This document shows, piece after piece, positions 7,856-16,398 of a stretch of DNA of 64,000 nucleotides; positions within the stretch are counted from its first letter, which is position 1, and the number at the start of each line of letters is the position of its first letter. The notes beneath the pieces are model-generated. The model had not been told where the DNA came from, did not search any database, and saw only the letters and a list, made by a program, of their open reading frames with translations. This DNA comes from Verrucomicrobiota bacterium. Lineage in GTDB: Bacteria > Verrucomicrobiota > Verrucomicrobiia > Limisphaerales > BJHT01. The position numbers and the translations under genes are program-made. The DNA is taken from NCBI GenBank assembly GCA_014193395.1, contig BJHT01000001.1, positions 14,112-78,111 of the forward strand, given 5' to 3'.

Positions 7856-10063
7856 CTACCCACTGCGGGTTTTCGTTTCCGCCGCCCGCTGCGCGGCACG
7901 TTTGGGACTTGCCGGCGGGCGGGTGATCCACTGTTGCAACAGCAGTTCGCCGAGCAGCAGCGCGAGGACGGTCCAGAGCAGCGGACGCCACAGCTCGGTG
8001 CCGAAGCGGCGCTGGCGGTCGAGTTTTTTCCAGTCCTGCCACGATTTCGCCAGCGCGGCGCCCATGTGTTTGGCGAGGGCCTGCTGCTCGGTTTCCTTGA
8101 GCTGTTCGAGGTCGGATTCGAGGCGTGAGGTGCTGACGACGAAGTGAATCGTGGTGCCGTCCGGCGGGTTCAGGGTGTAAAGGCCGGGGCGCTGGGTGCG
8201 GGTGAATTCGACCATGCTGCGCGAGCCTTTGGCGGTCACGGTCAGCTCGTGTTTCTGTCCGGCGGGATCGGTCAGGTAGGCCTTGCGCCCGGCGTCGAGG
8301 GCCGGGAGGAACGCCACCAGCGGCTTGCCGACCTCGACATTGCGCGGCGGGAAAACGGTCGAGGCCAGGTAGGTGACGACGCGCTGCATGAGCGGCAGGT
8401 AGGCCGAGCGCAGCGGGAGATTTCCCCAGTCGGCGTCGCACGCGGTGGCGCACTGGATCACGCGGCCTTCGCCGTGTTTTTTCTCGACCAGAAACGGGTC
8501 GCCGCTGGTGAGCTGCGCCAGCACGTTCACCGCGGCCTCGCGGCCCGGGCGCGTCTCCTTGAGCTTGAACCACTGCTTGATCTCGGCGTCGGCGAGCGAG
8601 CCGTTGCGCGGGTCGTTGAACATCTCCAGCGCGGCGTGGGTGTAGTGCTCGCCGACAATTTTCGCGCCGGGCACGGCGGGGTCGAGCGAGCCGGCCAGCG
8701 CGTTGATCGGCAATGGCAACAGGCCCGGCGCGGCGAGGGATTGATTGTACCAATCGGGCCGCACGCGGTCGCCGGCGAAGAGGAGCAGGCCGCCGCCGTC
8801 GCGCACGTATTCGTTCAACCAGTGAACCTGCTGGTCGGTGAGATGGCTCACGTTGGCGAGCACGACGACGCGCGTTTGCGCCAGCGACTCGGCGTTGAAC
8901 TGCGCCGGCAAAATCACGCGCGTCGTGATGAGGTCGGTGAGGTCGGCCTTGGTTTTGGCGTAGGGCTGGAGGGAAATTTCGAGGAAGTCCGTCTCGCTCC
9001 GCAGCACCTCGGGGCTGGGATCGCCGTTGAGAATGAGCACGGGAACGCGGTCCCAGACGGGCACGGAGGCCTGGAGATAATTGTCCGCCTGAAGCGCGTC
9101 GGCATCCACGCGGACTTCGAGGACGTGCGAGCCGGGGGACTCGAAGACGTGCGTGAACAGCACCTTCTGCTGCTCGCGGACGCCGAGATTGATCTGCGAC
9201 ACGGTGCGGTTGGTGCCATCGACACGGAATTCCACCCGCAGCTCGGGATAGGTGCGCTCGCCGTAATTCCGGATCGTCGCGTGCAGTTGCATGGTCTGCC
9301 CGACGCCGAACACGAGGCGCGAATAATCGAGTGACTCGACGGCGACGTTGTCGGTGCCCTCGGCGCCGGCGTGGATGAAAGTGAGGCGTGGCTCGGGTTT
9401 TTGGGCGTGCAGGAGTTTCGCGATGCGGGCGCGGGCGGGCGAATCATTCTCCGACCAGCTCACGCGCTGGAAATCGCTCACGACGATCAGCTCGCGGTAG
9501 GGGTTGTTCATTTTCGTGAGCAACGCCGCGGCGGTCTCGAGGGACTCGGGCACGTTGGCAGCGCCGTAGCCGGCATCGACGCCTTTGAGCAGCTTTTGCA
9601 GTTGGTCGAGGTCGGACGACGGCGCGGGCAGCAAGGGCGTGACGCCGCCCGCCATCAGCAGGACCGAGGCGTCGGACCCGCGGCCGATGCTGGCGAGGAT
9701 GTTGGTCGCATCGGCGCGGGCCTCGGTGAAATTGGCGGTGCCGCCGCCGCTGAAATCCATCGAGTAGCTGTTGTCCAGCAGCAGCACGAGCGAGCTTTTG
9801 GCCGCGCCGAAAAGCTGGCTCGCGCCCGTGAGCACGGGCCGAGCGAGGCTCAGCGCGAGCAGCGCCGGGATCAGGCAGCGGATGAGAAGGAGCAGCCAGT
9901 TTTCAATTTGCAGCCGGCGCTGGTGGACGACGAACGCCGTGTCGATCAGGTGCATCGCGCCCCATTTCACGATCTTGAAACGGTTGCGATTGAGCAGGTG
10001 GATGATGATCGGAATCGTCGCCGCGCCGATGCCGCCGAGCAGGATGAAATTGAGAAACGTCAT
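7856..10063 (-). CDS. BatA-N-terminal-domain membrane protein with vWA-like and GATase1-like domains
   Basis: The N-terminus [29 protein letters not shown] is the aerotolerance BatA N-terminal signature. [10 protein letters not shown] and VVSDFQ are vWA-like motifs. There is a C-terminal TM helix. The start overlaps the DUF58 stop by 4 bp. Confidence 0.8.
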   Translation of the reverse strand: MTFLNFILLGGIGAATIPIIIHLLNRNRFKIVKWGAMHLIDTAFVVHQRRLQIENWLLLLIRCLIPALLALSLARPVLTGASQLFGAAKSSLVLLLDNSYSMDFSGGGTANFTEARADATNILASIGRGSDASVLLMAGGVTPLLPAPSSDLDQLQKLLKGVDAGYGAANVPESLETAAALLTKMNNPYRELIVVSDFQRVSWSENDSPARARIAKLLHAQKPEPRLTFIHAGAEGTDNVAVESLDYSRLVFGVGQTMQLHATIRNYGERTYPELRVEFRVDGTNRTVSQINLGVREQQKVLFTHVFESPGSHVLEVRVDADALQADNYLQASVPVWDRVPVLILNGDPSPEVLRSETDFLEISLQPYAKTKADLTDLITTRVILPAQFNAESLAQTRVVVLANVSHLTDQQVHWLNEYVRDGGGLLLFAGDRVRPDWYNQSLAAPGLLPLPINALAGSLDPAVPGAKIVGEHYTHAALEMFNDPRNGSLADAEIKQWFKLKETRPGREAAVNVLAQLTSGDPFLVEKKHGEGRVIQCATACDADWGNLPLRSAYLPLMQRVVTYLASTVFPPRNVEVGKPLVAFLPALDAGRKAYLTDPAGQKHELTVTAKGSRSMVEFTRTQRPGLYTLNPPDGTTIHFVVSTSRLESDLEQLKETEQQALAKHMGAALAKSWQDWKKLDRQRRFGTELWRPLLWTVLALLLGELLLQQWITRPPASPKRAAQRAAETKTRSG

Positions 10064-10965
10064 GCGCGCGCGAACCGGCGGGTGAGGTATTGCGCCAGCG
10101 CGTCGGCGTAGGGCTGGTCGGTGAACATCGTCACCAGATCAATCCGGTGGCGGTGACAACCGGCGGTGAGTTCGTCCTGGAACTTGCGGAAATTCTCGAG
10201 ATACACGGCGCGGAATTGCGACGGGTCGATCATGCGATGGCGGTCGGCTTGTTCGAGCGACTCGAAGCGCGTCCATTGCTTGAAGGGAAACTCGGCCTCG
10301 TCGCGGTCGAGGATTTGAAACAGCAGAATCTCGTGGTGCGCCGAGCGGAAATGCGCGAGCGCGGAGACGAGTTCCTTCACGTCGCCGAAGCCGTCGGTGA
10401 GGATCACGAGCAGCCCGCGCCGCTGGATGCGCAGGACGAGGTCGTGAAAAACGCCGGCCAGGCCGGTCTCGCCGCCGGGCTGCGCTTTCTGGAGTTCGTC
10501 GAGAATGGTCTGCAAATGCGGCACGCTCGAGCGCGGCGGGATGTAGCGGCGCAGCTTCGTGTCAAACGTGACCAGGCCGACGCTGTCGCGCTGTTGCAGC
10601 ATGAGATAGGCGAGCGCGGCGGCGAGACGCGCGGCGTAGTGGGCCTTGGAGAGGCCCTTGCCCTTGCCGCCGGCGTAGGCCATCGAACCGCTCAGATCGA
10701 GCAGCAGCGTGGTGCGGAGATTGGTCTCCTCCTCGTATTCGCGGATGTAGTAGCGGTCGGTCTTGGCGAAGACCTTCCAGTCGAGCCGGCGGATTTCGTC
10801 GCCTTGCACGTATTGCCGGTGCTGCGCGAACTCGACGCTGAAGCCCTTGTGCGGCGACTTGTGCAACCCGGAGAAAAACCCCTCGACCACGAGCCGCGCG
10901 ACGACCTGCAGGTTCGAGATCTTTTGCAGTTCGGCGGGCGTGAGAAAGTCAGCGACGTGGGACAT
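10060..10965 (-). CDS. DUF58 domain protein (MoxR-system associated family)
   Basis: [40 protein letters not shown] and LLLDLSGSM are typical of the DUF58 family. Confidence 0.85.
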   Translation of the reverse strand: MSHVADFLTPAELQKISNLQVVARLVVEGFFSGLHKSPHKGFSVEFAQHRQYVQGDEIRRLDWKVFAKTDRYYIREYEEETNLRTTLLLDLSGSMAYAGGKGKGLSKAHYAARLAAALAYLMLQQRDSVGLVTFDTKLRRYIPPRSSVPHLQTILDELQKAQPGGETGLAGVFHDLVLRIQRRGLLVILTDGFGDVKELVSALAHFRSAHHEILLFQILDRDEAEFPFKQWTRFESLEQADRHRMIDPSQFRAVYLENFRKFQDELTAGCHRHRIDLVTMFTDQPYADALAQYLTRRFARA

Positions 10966-10970
10966 GGGGC

Positions 10971-11075
10971 GAGGAGGCAGGAGTCAGAATTCAGGAGTCA
11001 GGAGTCGGGGGACAGGGGGCAGGGGGCAGGAGACGGGGGACAGGGGACAGGAGACAGGAGGCACCGAAGCGGGGG
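10971..11075. repeat. Low-complexity CAGGAGTC / GGGGACAGG microsatellite-like block
   Basis: The sequence is reiterated AGGAGTCAGGAGTC and GGGGACAGGGG units. The same unit types occur inside the permease CDS at 47971..48072. Confidence 0.8.
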
Positions 11076-11320
11076 CGGGGAGCGCGGGGGTGGGATGGTC
11101 CCGCGGATTGATGCGGAGCGACGGTGATGATGTTTTGGAACGCCATAGCAGCGCGCGGACGCTAGCACGGTGATTGTGGGGTGGGGAAGGGTCAACGTGC
11201 GTGCAAAGCGTCCCTATCGCGGCGTGGTAGGGCGGCGATGTGCGCGGCCCGGCTGAGAAGACGGCTTCGCCAACCGTCGCTTGCGCTTGCCCAGCCTTTT
11301 CATCGCGCTAGGTTCGGGCC

Positions 11321-11518
11321 ATGAGCCTCGAGCAACTTAAGCGGGAAGTGTCGGAACTGACCGACCGTGAACAGGCGGAACTGATCGGCTTCACGCTCCA
11401 GTTGCGCCATGCGCACGACGCGAAGTATCGCCGCGAAGTCACCGACCGGCTCAACGACCAGGACAAGTCCCACTGGCTGACCCCCGAGGAGTTTGAGCGG
11501 CGGCTCGGCAACGCCTGA
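11321..11518 (+). CDS. Putative antitoxin (addiction-module component-like small helical protein)
   Basis: 65-aa ORF MSLEQLKREVSELTDREQAELIGF.. resembles 'putative addiction module component' antitoxins. A RelE/ParE-like ORF follows 6 nt downstream. Confidence 0.55.
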   Translation: MSLEQLKREVSELTDREQAELIGFTLQLRHAHDAKYRREVTDRLNDQDKSHWLTPEEFERRLGNA

Positions 11519-11524
11519 CCGCTC

Positions 11525-11698
11525 ATGCGGCCCTACGCCATCTACATCAATGAGGCGGTCTTGTCGTTTGCTCCCCAGTCCGGTGTGCCGCGCCAGCGGT
11601 TGCTGAATTTCATCCGTTCACTCGCCGACAATCCGAACACGCCCGGTGACTTTTCAGAAACTGACGTGCTGGTAGGGCCGCGTTGCGCGTGGCCCTGA
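11525..11698 (+). pseudogene. Truncated RelE/ParE-like toxin remnant (57 codons)
   Basis: Own translation: MRPYAIYINEAVLSFAPQSGVPRQRLLNFIRSLADNPNTPGDFSETDVLVGPRCAWP*. This resembles the N-terminal half of ParE/RelE-type toxins (..LA.NP..G..). The last codons run into a GGTAGGG-type repeat element and the C-terminal half of the fold is missing. Confidence 0.5.
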
Positions 11699-11803
11699 CT
11701 TTTTCCATGCCGGGCGCGCGGAGGGTTTCGATAGCGCTCGTTGGGTGCGGGCGCGATGGAAGGGGAAAGGTCACGGACGCGCGCAACGCGTCCCTACCGA
11801 GGA
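11671..11803. repeat. Inverted-repeat element 'GGTAGGGCCGCGTTGCGCG ... CGCGCAACGCGTCCCTACC'
   Basis: The terminal inverted repeats are visible. Related GGTAGGGCGGCG motifs occur at 10..22 and 11196..11245, and GGGCGCACGGCGCGCAC..TAGTAGG occurs at 22180..22215. Confidence 0.75.
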
Positions 11804-12925
11804 TTAGTAGATCGCCAGCGGATCGAGGGTGAACTCGGGGAACACTCGGGCGAGATCGGCGTCGGGGCTGTGTTTTTTCAACACGGCGGCCAGGACGTTG
11901 CGGTAGTTCGTGGTCACGGGGAGATCGCCGGGGCCTTCGAGAATCTCCGGTTTCAACGTCGGCCAGTCGCCGAGGACGCGTCCTCCTTTCACGCCGCCGC
12001 CCAGCACGAACATCACGCTGCCGCGTCCGTGGTCGGTCCCGAATGCTGAGTTCTCCGACACCCGCCGGCCAAACTCGGTCATCACCACCACCGTGGTCGA
12101 ATTCATCGCCGCGCCCAGGTCGCGATAGAACGCGGCCAGCCCGCGTCCGAGCCGCGCCATCAGCGGGTCGATGAGCGTCCCTTGGTTCAGATGTGAATCC
12201 CAGCCGCCGAGGTCAATCGACGCGGCCTCGAGACCAACGCGCGCCTTGATCAAGCGCGCCACCTGTTTCAAGCCCTGGCCAAAATCATCCTTTGCATACT
12301 CCGCCCCGGCCGCCGGCTGATACGGCGTGGCGCGCAGGCGTTCGATGCGCCGCAGCGCATCGAGGGTGTCGCGGCCCGCCGCACCGAGGAGACCGCCCTC
12401 GCGCTGGTAGAGGCGCTCGAGTTCGGATTGCATCGGCGCGGCCTTGGTGCCGAGGGTGAATTCATCCAGCGAGCGCAGCACCGTCGCGGCGGGCGCGCCG
12501 CGCAGGCACTCGGGAACCGCGCGTCCGAAGGCGATCGCTGACAACGCGCCCGCGGACAGATTCGGCCGGTAGCGGAGGAACCGCCCGAGCCAGCCGCCCG
12601 CGACCTCGCCGCCGTGCTCCATCAAATCCTGCGCCTCGAAATGCGAGCGCGTGCTGTCCTCCGAGCCGACCGCGTGAACAATCGCCAACGCCCCGTCCGT
12701 GTAGGCGGGCGCGAGGTCTTTGAGCAGCGGGTTCAGGCCGAAGAAACCGTCGAGCTTCACGGCTTCGTTCTTGCCCACCGCGATGCGCGGACGCGCCCGG
12801 TAGTAGCCATCGTCCTGCAACGGCGCGACGAGGCTCAGACCGTCGGCGCCGCCACGGAGGAAAATCACGACGAGCGAATGCGCACTGTCGCCATTGCCGG
12901 TGATGAGAGTTTTGGGCGCGCTCAT
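11804..12925 (-). CDS. DUF1501 domain protein (partner of DUF1800)
   Basis: The start is chosen at MSAPKTLI, 2 nt after the DUF1800 stop. The sulfatase-like DUF1501 motifs LVVIFLRGGADGLS, GGWDSH and TEFGRR..EN...GTDHG are present. Confidence 0.85.
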   Translation of the reverse strand: MSAPKTLITGNGDSAHSLVVIFLRGGADGLSLVAPLQDDGYYRARPRIAVGKNEAVKLDGFFGLNPLLKDLAPAYTDGALAIVHAVGSEDSTRSHFEAQDLMEHGGEVAGGWLGRFLRYRPNLSAGALSAIAFGRAVPECLRGAPAATVLRSLDEFTLGTKAAPMQSELERLYQREGGLLGAAGRDTLDALRRIERLRATPYQPAAGAEYAKDDFGQGLKQVARLIKARVGLEAASIDLGGWDSHLNQGTLIDPLMARLGRGLAAFYRDLGAAMNSTTVVVMTEFGRRVSENSAFGTDHGRGSVMFVLGGGVKGGRVLGDWPTLKPEILEGPGDLPVTTNYRNVLAAVLKKHSPDADLARVFPEFTLDPLAIY

Positions 12926-12927
12926 AA

Positions 12928-14442
12928 TCAGCACTTTTGAAATCCCGGTGACGCCAGCAGCAGCGGCACGAGCGCGCCGGAAGCCTGGCCGCCGTCGGTT
13001 TCTGCCGCCGTCGGTTTGCGCCCGAGAAAATGCGCGAACAACTCGTCGTCGCCGCGGAAACATTTTCGCAGCGCCGCGTTCTCAAACTTCACGCCGTTGA
13101 TTTTCCCGTCCGTCAGCGCGACCGCGAAATTCCAGCGCCACAGGAGCGTGCCCATCCACGGCGTCGCCTCCTCGGGATAGCCGTCGGGCGTCGGGTAATG
13201 AAACGGCGCGTGGCCCATGCGGACGAGGAAGTCCATCAACGCCGGCGGGGCGTCCGTCGCGGTGTCGGTAGCGCGCAGGGCGGACACGATGAAATGAAAC
13301 GGCCGCTTGAATTTGTTCGCGCGCGTGGTGCGAAACTCGGTCGTGGCGAACAGCGCGCGCAAGGTGCTGCCGATGTCGCCGCGGGTGCGCAGGAAGGCGT
13401 CGGCGACTTTTGTCACAGCGGCGGCCGGCGGCTCGTCGGCGATGAAGCGGCGGCAAAGTTTCGTGGCCAGATGTTTCGCCGTGGCGGGATGCAGGCCGAC
13501 GATTTCGAGCACTTGATCGAGTTCGTTGCGGCCGAGGATTTCCGCCTCCTCGCGTTTCACGCCGACCGGGATGGCCGGGATGATTTTGCCGAGGACTTCC
13601 TTCGCGTCCTTGTCGTGCTGGTCGGGATTGAACTCGACCTTGCCAAGGCTGTGCTTCGACTGGTTGGTGCCGCGCACGGTCCAGCCGGTGAGGCAGCGCG
13701 CGACTTCCATCACGTCCTTCTGCGAGTAGCCGCCGTGGACGCCGAGGGTGTGGAGTTCGAGCAGCTCGCGGCCGTAGTTTTCATTGGGCTTGTCCGCGGA
13801 TTTCGCGCGGCGGTTCACGCGGCCGTCGAGATACCAGAGCATCGCGGGACTGAGCGCCGAGGCGCGCAGCATTTCGGGAAAACGGCCGAGCGCATGGGCG
13901 CGGATCACGTCGCGGTCATCGGCGGTCTTGAGCCACTTACAGTCGCCCTTCGAGGGGTCGATGTTGAAGTGGTCGGACCAGAAATGGACCATCACCTCGT
14001 AGAGCTGGCGCTCGGACAACACCGCGCGGAGCAGCGTGCCGCGCGTGAGTTCGGCGAGCAGCAGCTTTTCCTGATACTCGAACAATTCGCCGGGCGGCTC
14101 GCCGAGGGTCTCGAAGCGGCGCAGGGCGTTCTCGGCCGCGGGATCATTGATTGCGGAGGGGTTCAACTGCTCGTCGAGAAAGGCGGCGAACGCGGCGTCT
14201 TCATCCGCGCCGAGCTTGCGCACGCGTTCGTAGTCGCCGGGCCGCGGGCCGAACGTGAGGCGGTTGAGCGCGTGCGAAACGAGGTCGGTGCTCTCGCCGG
14301 CGGGAACTTGAAACGGCCCTTCGCCACGCGCCGGCACGCGCCGTCCGATCAGCAGCGCCTCGGGGATGGAATCGCACGCCGTCGTCGCGGCGAGCGCGGT
14401 GACGCCGCCGGCGTGGAGAAATCGGCGACGCGTGAAGTTCAT
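12928..14442 (-). CDS. DUF1800 domain protein with Tat-type signal
   Basis: The start is at MNFTRRRFLHAGGVTALAA (twin-arginine). The hallmark GRELLELHTLGVHGGYSQKDVMEVARCLTGW is present. Confidence 0.85.
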   Translation of the reverse strand: MNFTRRRFLHAGGVTALAATTACDSIPEALLIGRRVPARGEGPFQVPAGESTDLVSHALNRLTFGPRPGDYERVRKLGADEDAAFAAFLDEQLNPSAINDPAAENALRRFETLGEPPGELFEYQEKLLLAELTRGTLLRAVLSERQLYEVMVHFWSDHFNIDPSKGDCKWLKTADDRDVIRAHALGRFPEMLRASALSPAMLWYLDGRVNRRAKSADKPNENYGRELLELHTLGVHGGYSQKDVMEVARCLTGWTVRGTNQSKHSLGKVEFNPDQHDKDAKEVLGKIIPAIPVGVKREEAEILGRNELDQVLEIVGLHPATAKHLATKLCRRFIADEPPAAAVTKVADAFLRTRGDIGSTLRALFATTEFRTTRANKFKRPFHFIVSALRATDTATDAPPALMDFLVRMGHAPFHYPTPDGYPEEATPWMGTLLWRWNFAVALTDGKINGVKFENAALRKCFRGDDELFAHFLGRKPTAAETDGGQASGALVPLLLASPGFQKC

Positions 14443-14993
14443 GACGTGATCGGGGGCAGACTTCCGGCCAACGGCGGCGGCGGTGACGACGGCGACGGCG
14501 GGGACATTTCGGCCTCGTGTCGTCCGCGAATCGCCAGCACCGCCGCGCCGACGCCGCTGACCAGCGTGCCGATGATCAGGCCGAACCAGCCGATGAACGG
14601 GAGCAGAAACGTGAGCGAGAGCACGATCCCGCCGCGCAACGTGCGCCGCCACGGCTGCTGCTCGTCGAGCGGCGACGGCATCCCCACGCCGATGCGCTGC
14701 GCCAGGCCGCTCGAGCCGAACAGACCCAGCAGGACCGGGATCGCGAGGCTGACCACGCCGACAATGTTTATGACCGGATTCCGCCCGTTTTTGAACAGCG
14801 CGAGCGCCAGCAAGACAAAGGGCACCGCGCACACCAAGCCCACGCCCAGCGCCCGCCAGGGGCGTCCGTAACCTTCACGCGCCCGCGCCACGAACCCCGG
14901 AAACAAGGCCTGCGCCGCCAGCCAGTAGGCGACGAACAACAGCAGCGCTCCGAGGATGAGCAGGAAAATCTTCAGGACATCGGCCATGATCAT
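14439..14993 (-). CDS. Small polytopic membrane protein (4-5 TM), first gene of the DUF1800/DUF1501 operon
   Basis: Hydrophobic segments run throughout. The stop overlaps the DUF1800 ATG (ATGA). The start is taken at MIMADVLKIF. Confidence 0.6.
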   Translation of the reverse strand: MIMADVLKIFLLILGALLLFVAYWLAAQALFPGFVARAREGYGRPWRALGVGLVCAVPFVLLALALFKNGRNPVINIVGVVSLAIPVLLGLFGSSGLAQRIGVGMPSPLDEQQPWRRTLRGGIVLSLTFLLPFIGWFGLIIGTLVSGVGAAVLAIRGRHEAEMSPPSPSSPPPPLAGSLPPITS

Positions 14994-15240
14994 AAGCGTG
15001 CGGGTAGAGATTTTTTGAACGACGGCAACCGTGCCACCAAGCGAAAGACTCCGCAAAGCCGGAACGGTTACAGGAAAATATCCAAACGCGAGGAGGGGCT
15101 GGTTGTCGCGGGGAATGCCGGTGGGAACGGTCACGACTTTACGGCACTGGCTTTCCGATCCCATCGGGGGGCGCTGCGTCTTCTCCCCTCACCGACTTCC
15201 CGCTTCCTCCGCCGCCATGATTCTGCAAAGTTCGCCGTGC

Positions 15241-16194
15241 ATGAAATTTCCTCCCTTCCCTCACCGGCGGCTCGCCCGCCTCGCCGTGTTCCTCGCGACC
15301 GCGGCGGCGCTCACGTTCACCGTCCGCGCCGCTGACAGCGCGGCGTCCACCATCAAGCACTCGTTCCTTGCCACCGGCGGCGAGACGCGCATCGTCGATG
15401 GCGACGGCAAGACGGTGTGGCGTTATCCGGGCAGCACGCGCGACGGCCAGGTGCTGCCGAACGGCAACATTTTGCTCGCCGTCTCGAAGGGCAAAGATTT
15501 CCCCGGCGGCGGCGTGGTCGAGATCACGCGCGACAACAAGGTGGTGTTTTCGTTCAAGGGCACGCAGTCCGAGGTGAATACCGCGCAGTTGCTGGACAAC
15601 GGCAACATCATGCTCACCGAGGCGGGCGCGAAGCCGCGCATCCTCGAGGTCAATCGCGAGGGCAAGATCGTGGTCGAGGTGGCGCTCCAGTGCCAGAACA
15701 CGAACCATCACATGGAGAGCCGCATGGCGCGCAAGCTGGCGAACGGCAACTACCTCGTGCCCCAGCTCTTCGACAAGGTTGTCCGCGAATACACGCCGAA
15801 AGGGGAGATCGTCTGGGAATTCAAGACGCCCAACGAGCCGAAGGATAGCTGGCCGTTCACCGCCATCCGCCTGCCGAACGGCAACACGCTCGTCAACTGC
15901 ACGCACGGCAATCTCGTCGTCGAGGTGGACCCGGCGGGTAAAATCGTGTGGCAGATTTCCAATGCCGACCTGCCCTCCAAGCTGCTCAACGATCCTTGCG
16001 GTGGACAGCGCCTGCCCAACGGCAACACGATGATTTGCAGCTACGCCATCGGTGCCGGCCGCACCAAGCTCGTCGAAGTGACGCCGGACAAAAAAGTGGT
16101 CTGGACCTTCACCGAGGAAAAAGGCCCCGGCATCCACGAGGTGCATATCCTCGACACCAACGGCAAGCCAATCGAGGGCAGGCCGCTGCGGTAG
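15241..16194 (+). CDS. Secreted beta-propeller protein with reiterated L(P/D/A)NGN blades
   Basis: Signal peptide MKFPPFPHRRLARLAVFLATAAALTFTVRA. Five units LPNGNILLA, LDNGNIMLT, LANGNYLVP, LPNGNTLVN and LPNGNTMIC each follow a ..IVWE/VVW strand. Confidence 0.7.
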   Translation: MKFPPFPHRRLARLAVFLATAAALTFTVRAADSAASTIKHSFLATGGETRIVDGDGKTVWRYPGSTRDGQVLPNGNILLAVSKGKDFPGGGVVEITRDNKVVFSFKGTQSEVNTAQLLDNGNIMLTEAGAKPRILEVNREGKIVVEVALQCQNTNHHMESRMARKLANGNYLVPQLFDKVVREYTPKGEIVWEFKTPNEPKDSWPFTAIRLPNGNTLVNCTHGNLVVEVDPAGKIVWQISNADLPSKLLNDPCGGQRLPNGNTMICSYAIGAGRTKLVEVTPDKKVVWTFTEEKGPGIHEVHILDTNGKPIEGRPLR

Positions 16195-16223
16195 GAGCTT
16201 GGTTGCGCCGCAGGCGCTCCTTA

Positions 16224-16284
16224 GTTCGGAGTTCCGGCTTTAGCCGGTTGGGCGTCCATGCCGGCTAAAGCCGCGACTCTGAAC
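16224..16284. repeat. Palindromic hairpin repeat GTTCGGAGTTCCGGCTTTAGCCGG...CCGGCTAAAGCCGCGACTCTGAAC
   Basis: The inverted repeat is visible. It is related to the hairpin at 23031..23090 (GGAGTTCCGC..GCGGAACTCC). Confidence 0.8.
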
Positions 16285-16398
16285 CAAGGCGCAATCACCT
16301 CGCAGCGCGGGGGCGCACGCAGAAACCACCACCGCTCAATCCCTCTGAATCCCCCGCAAATCGCCGCCCGTCTGAACCGCGTGCCAACATTCCTCGCC

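Noticed and set aside
7073-7899. ORFs across the 7.05-7.86 kb island (152, 216, 151 aa and others) and the 401-aa ORF 7548..8753.
   Set aside because: Their sequences are translations of dispersed repeats (..KAVTSHRTPK.., ..ECGDLSPLL.., ..FAFFAFSRGHS..) or antisense to the BatA-domain gene.
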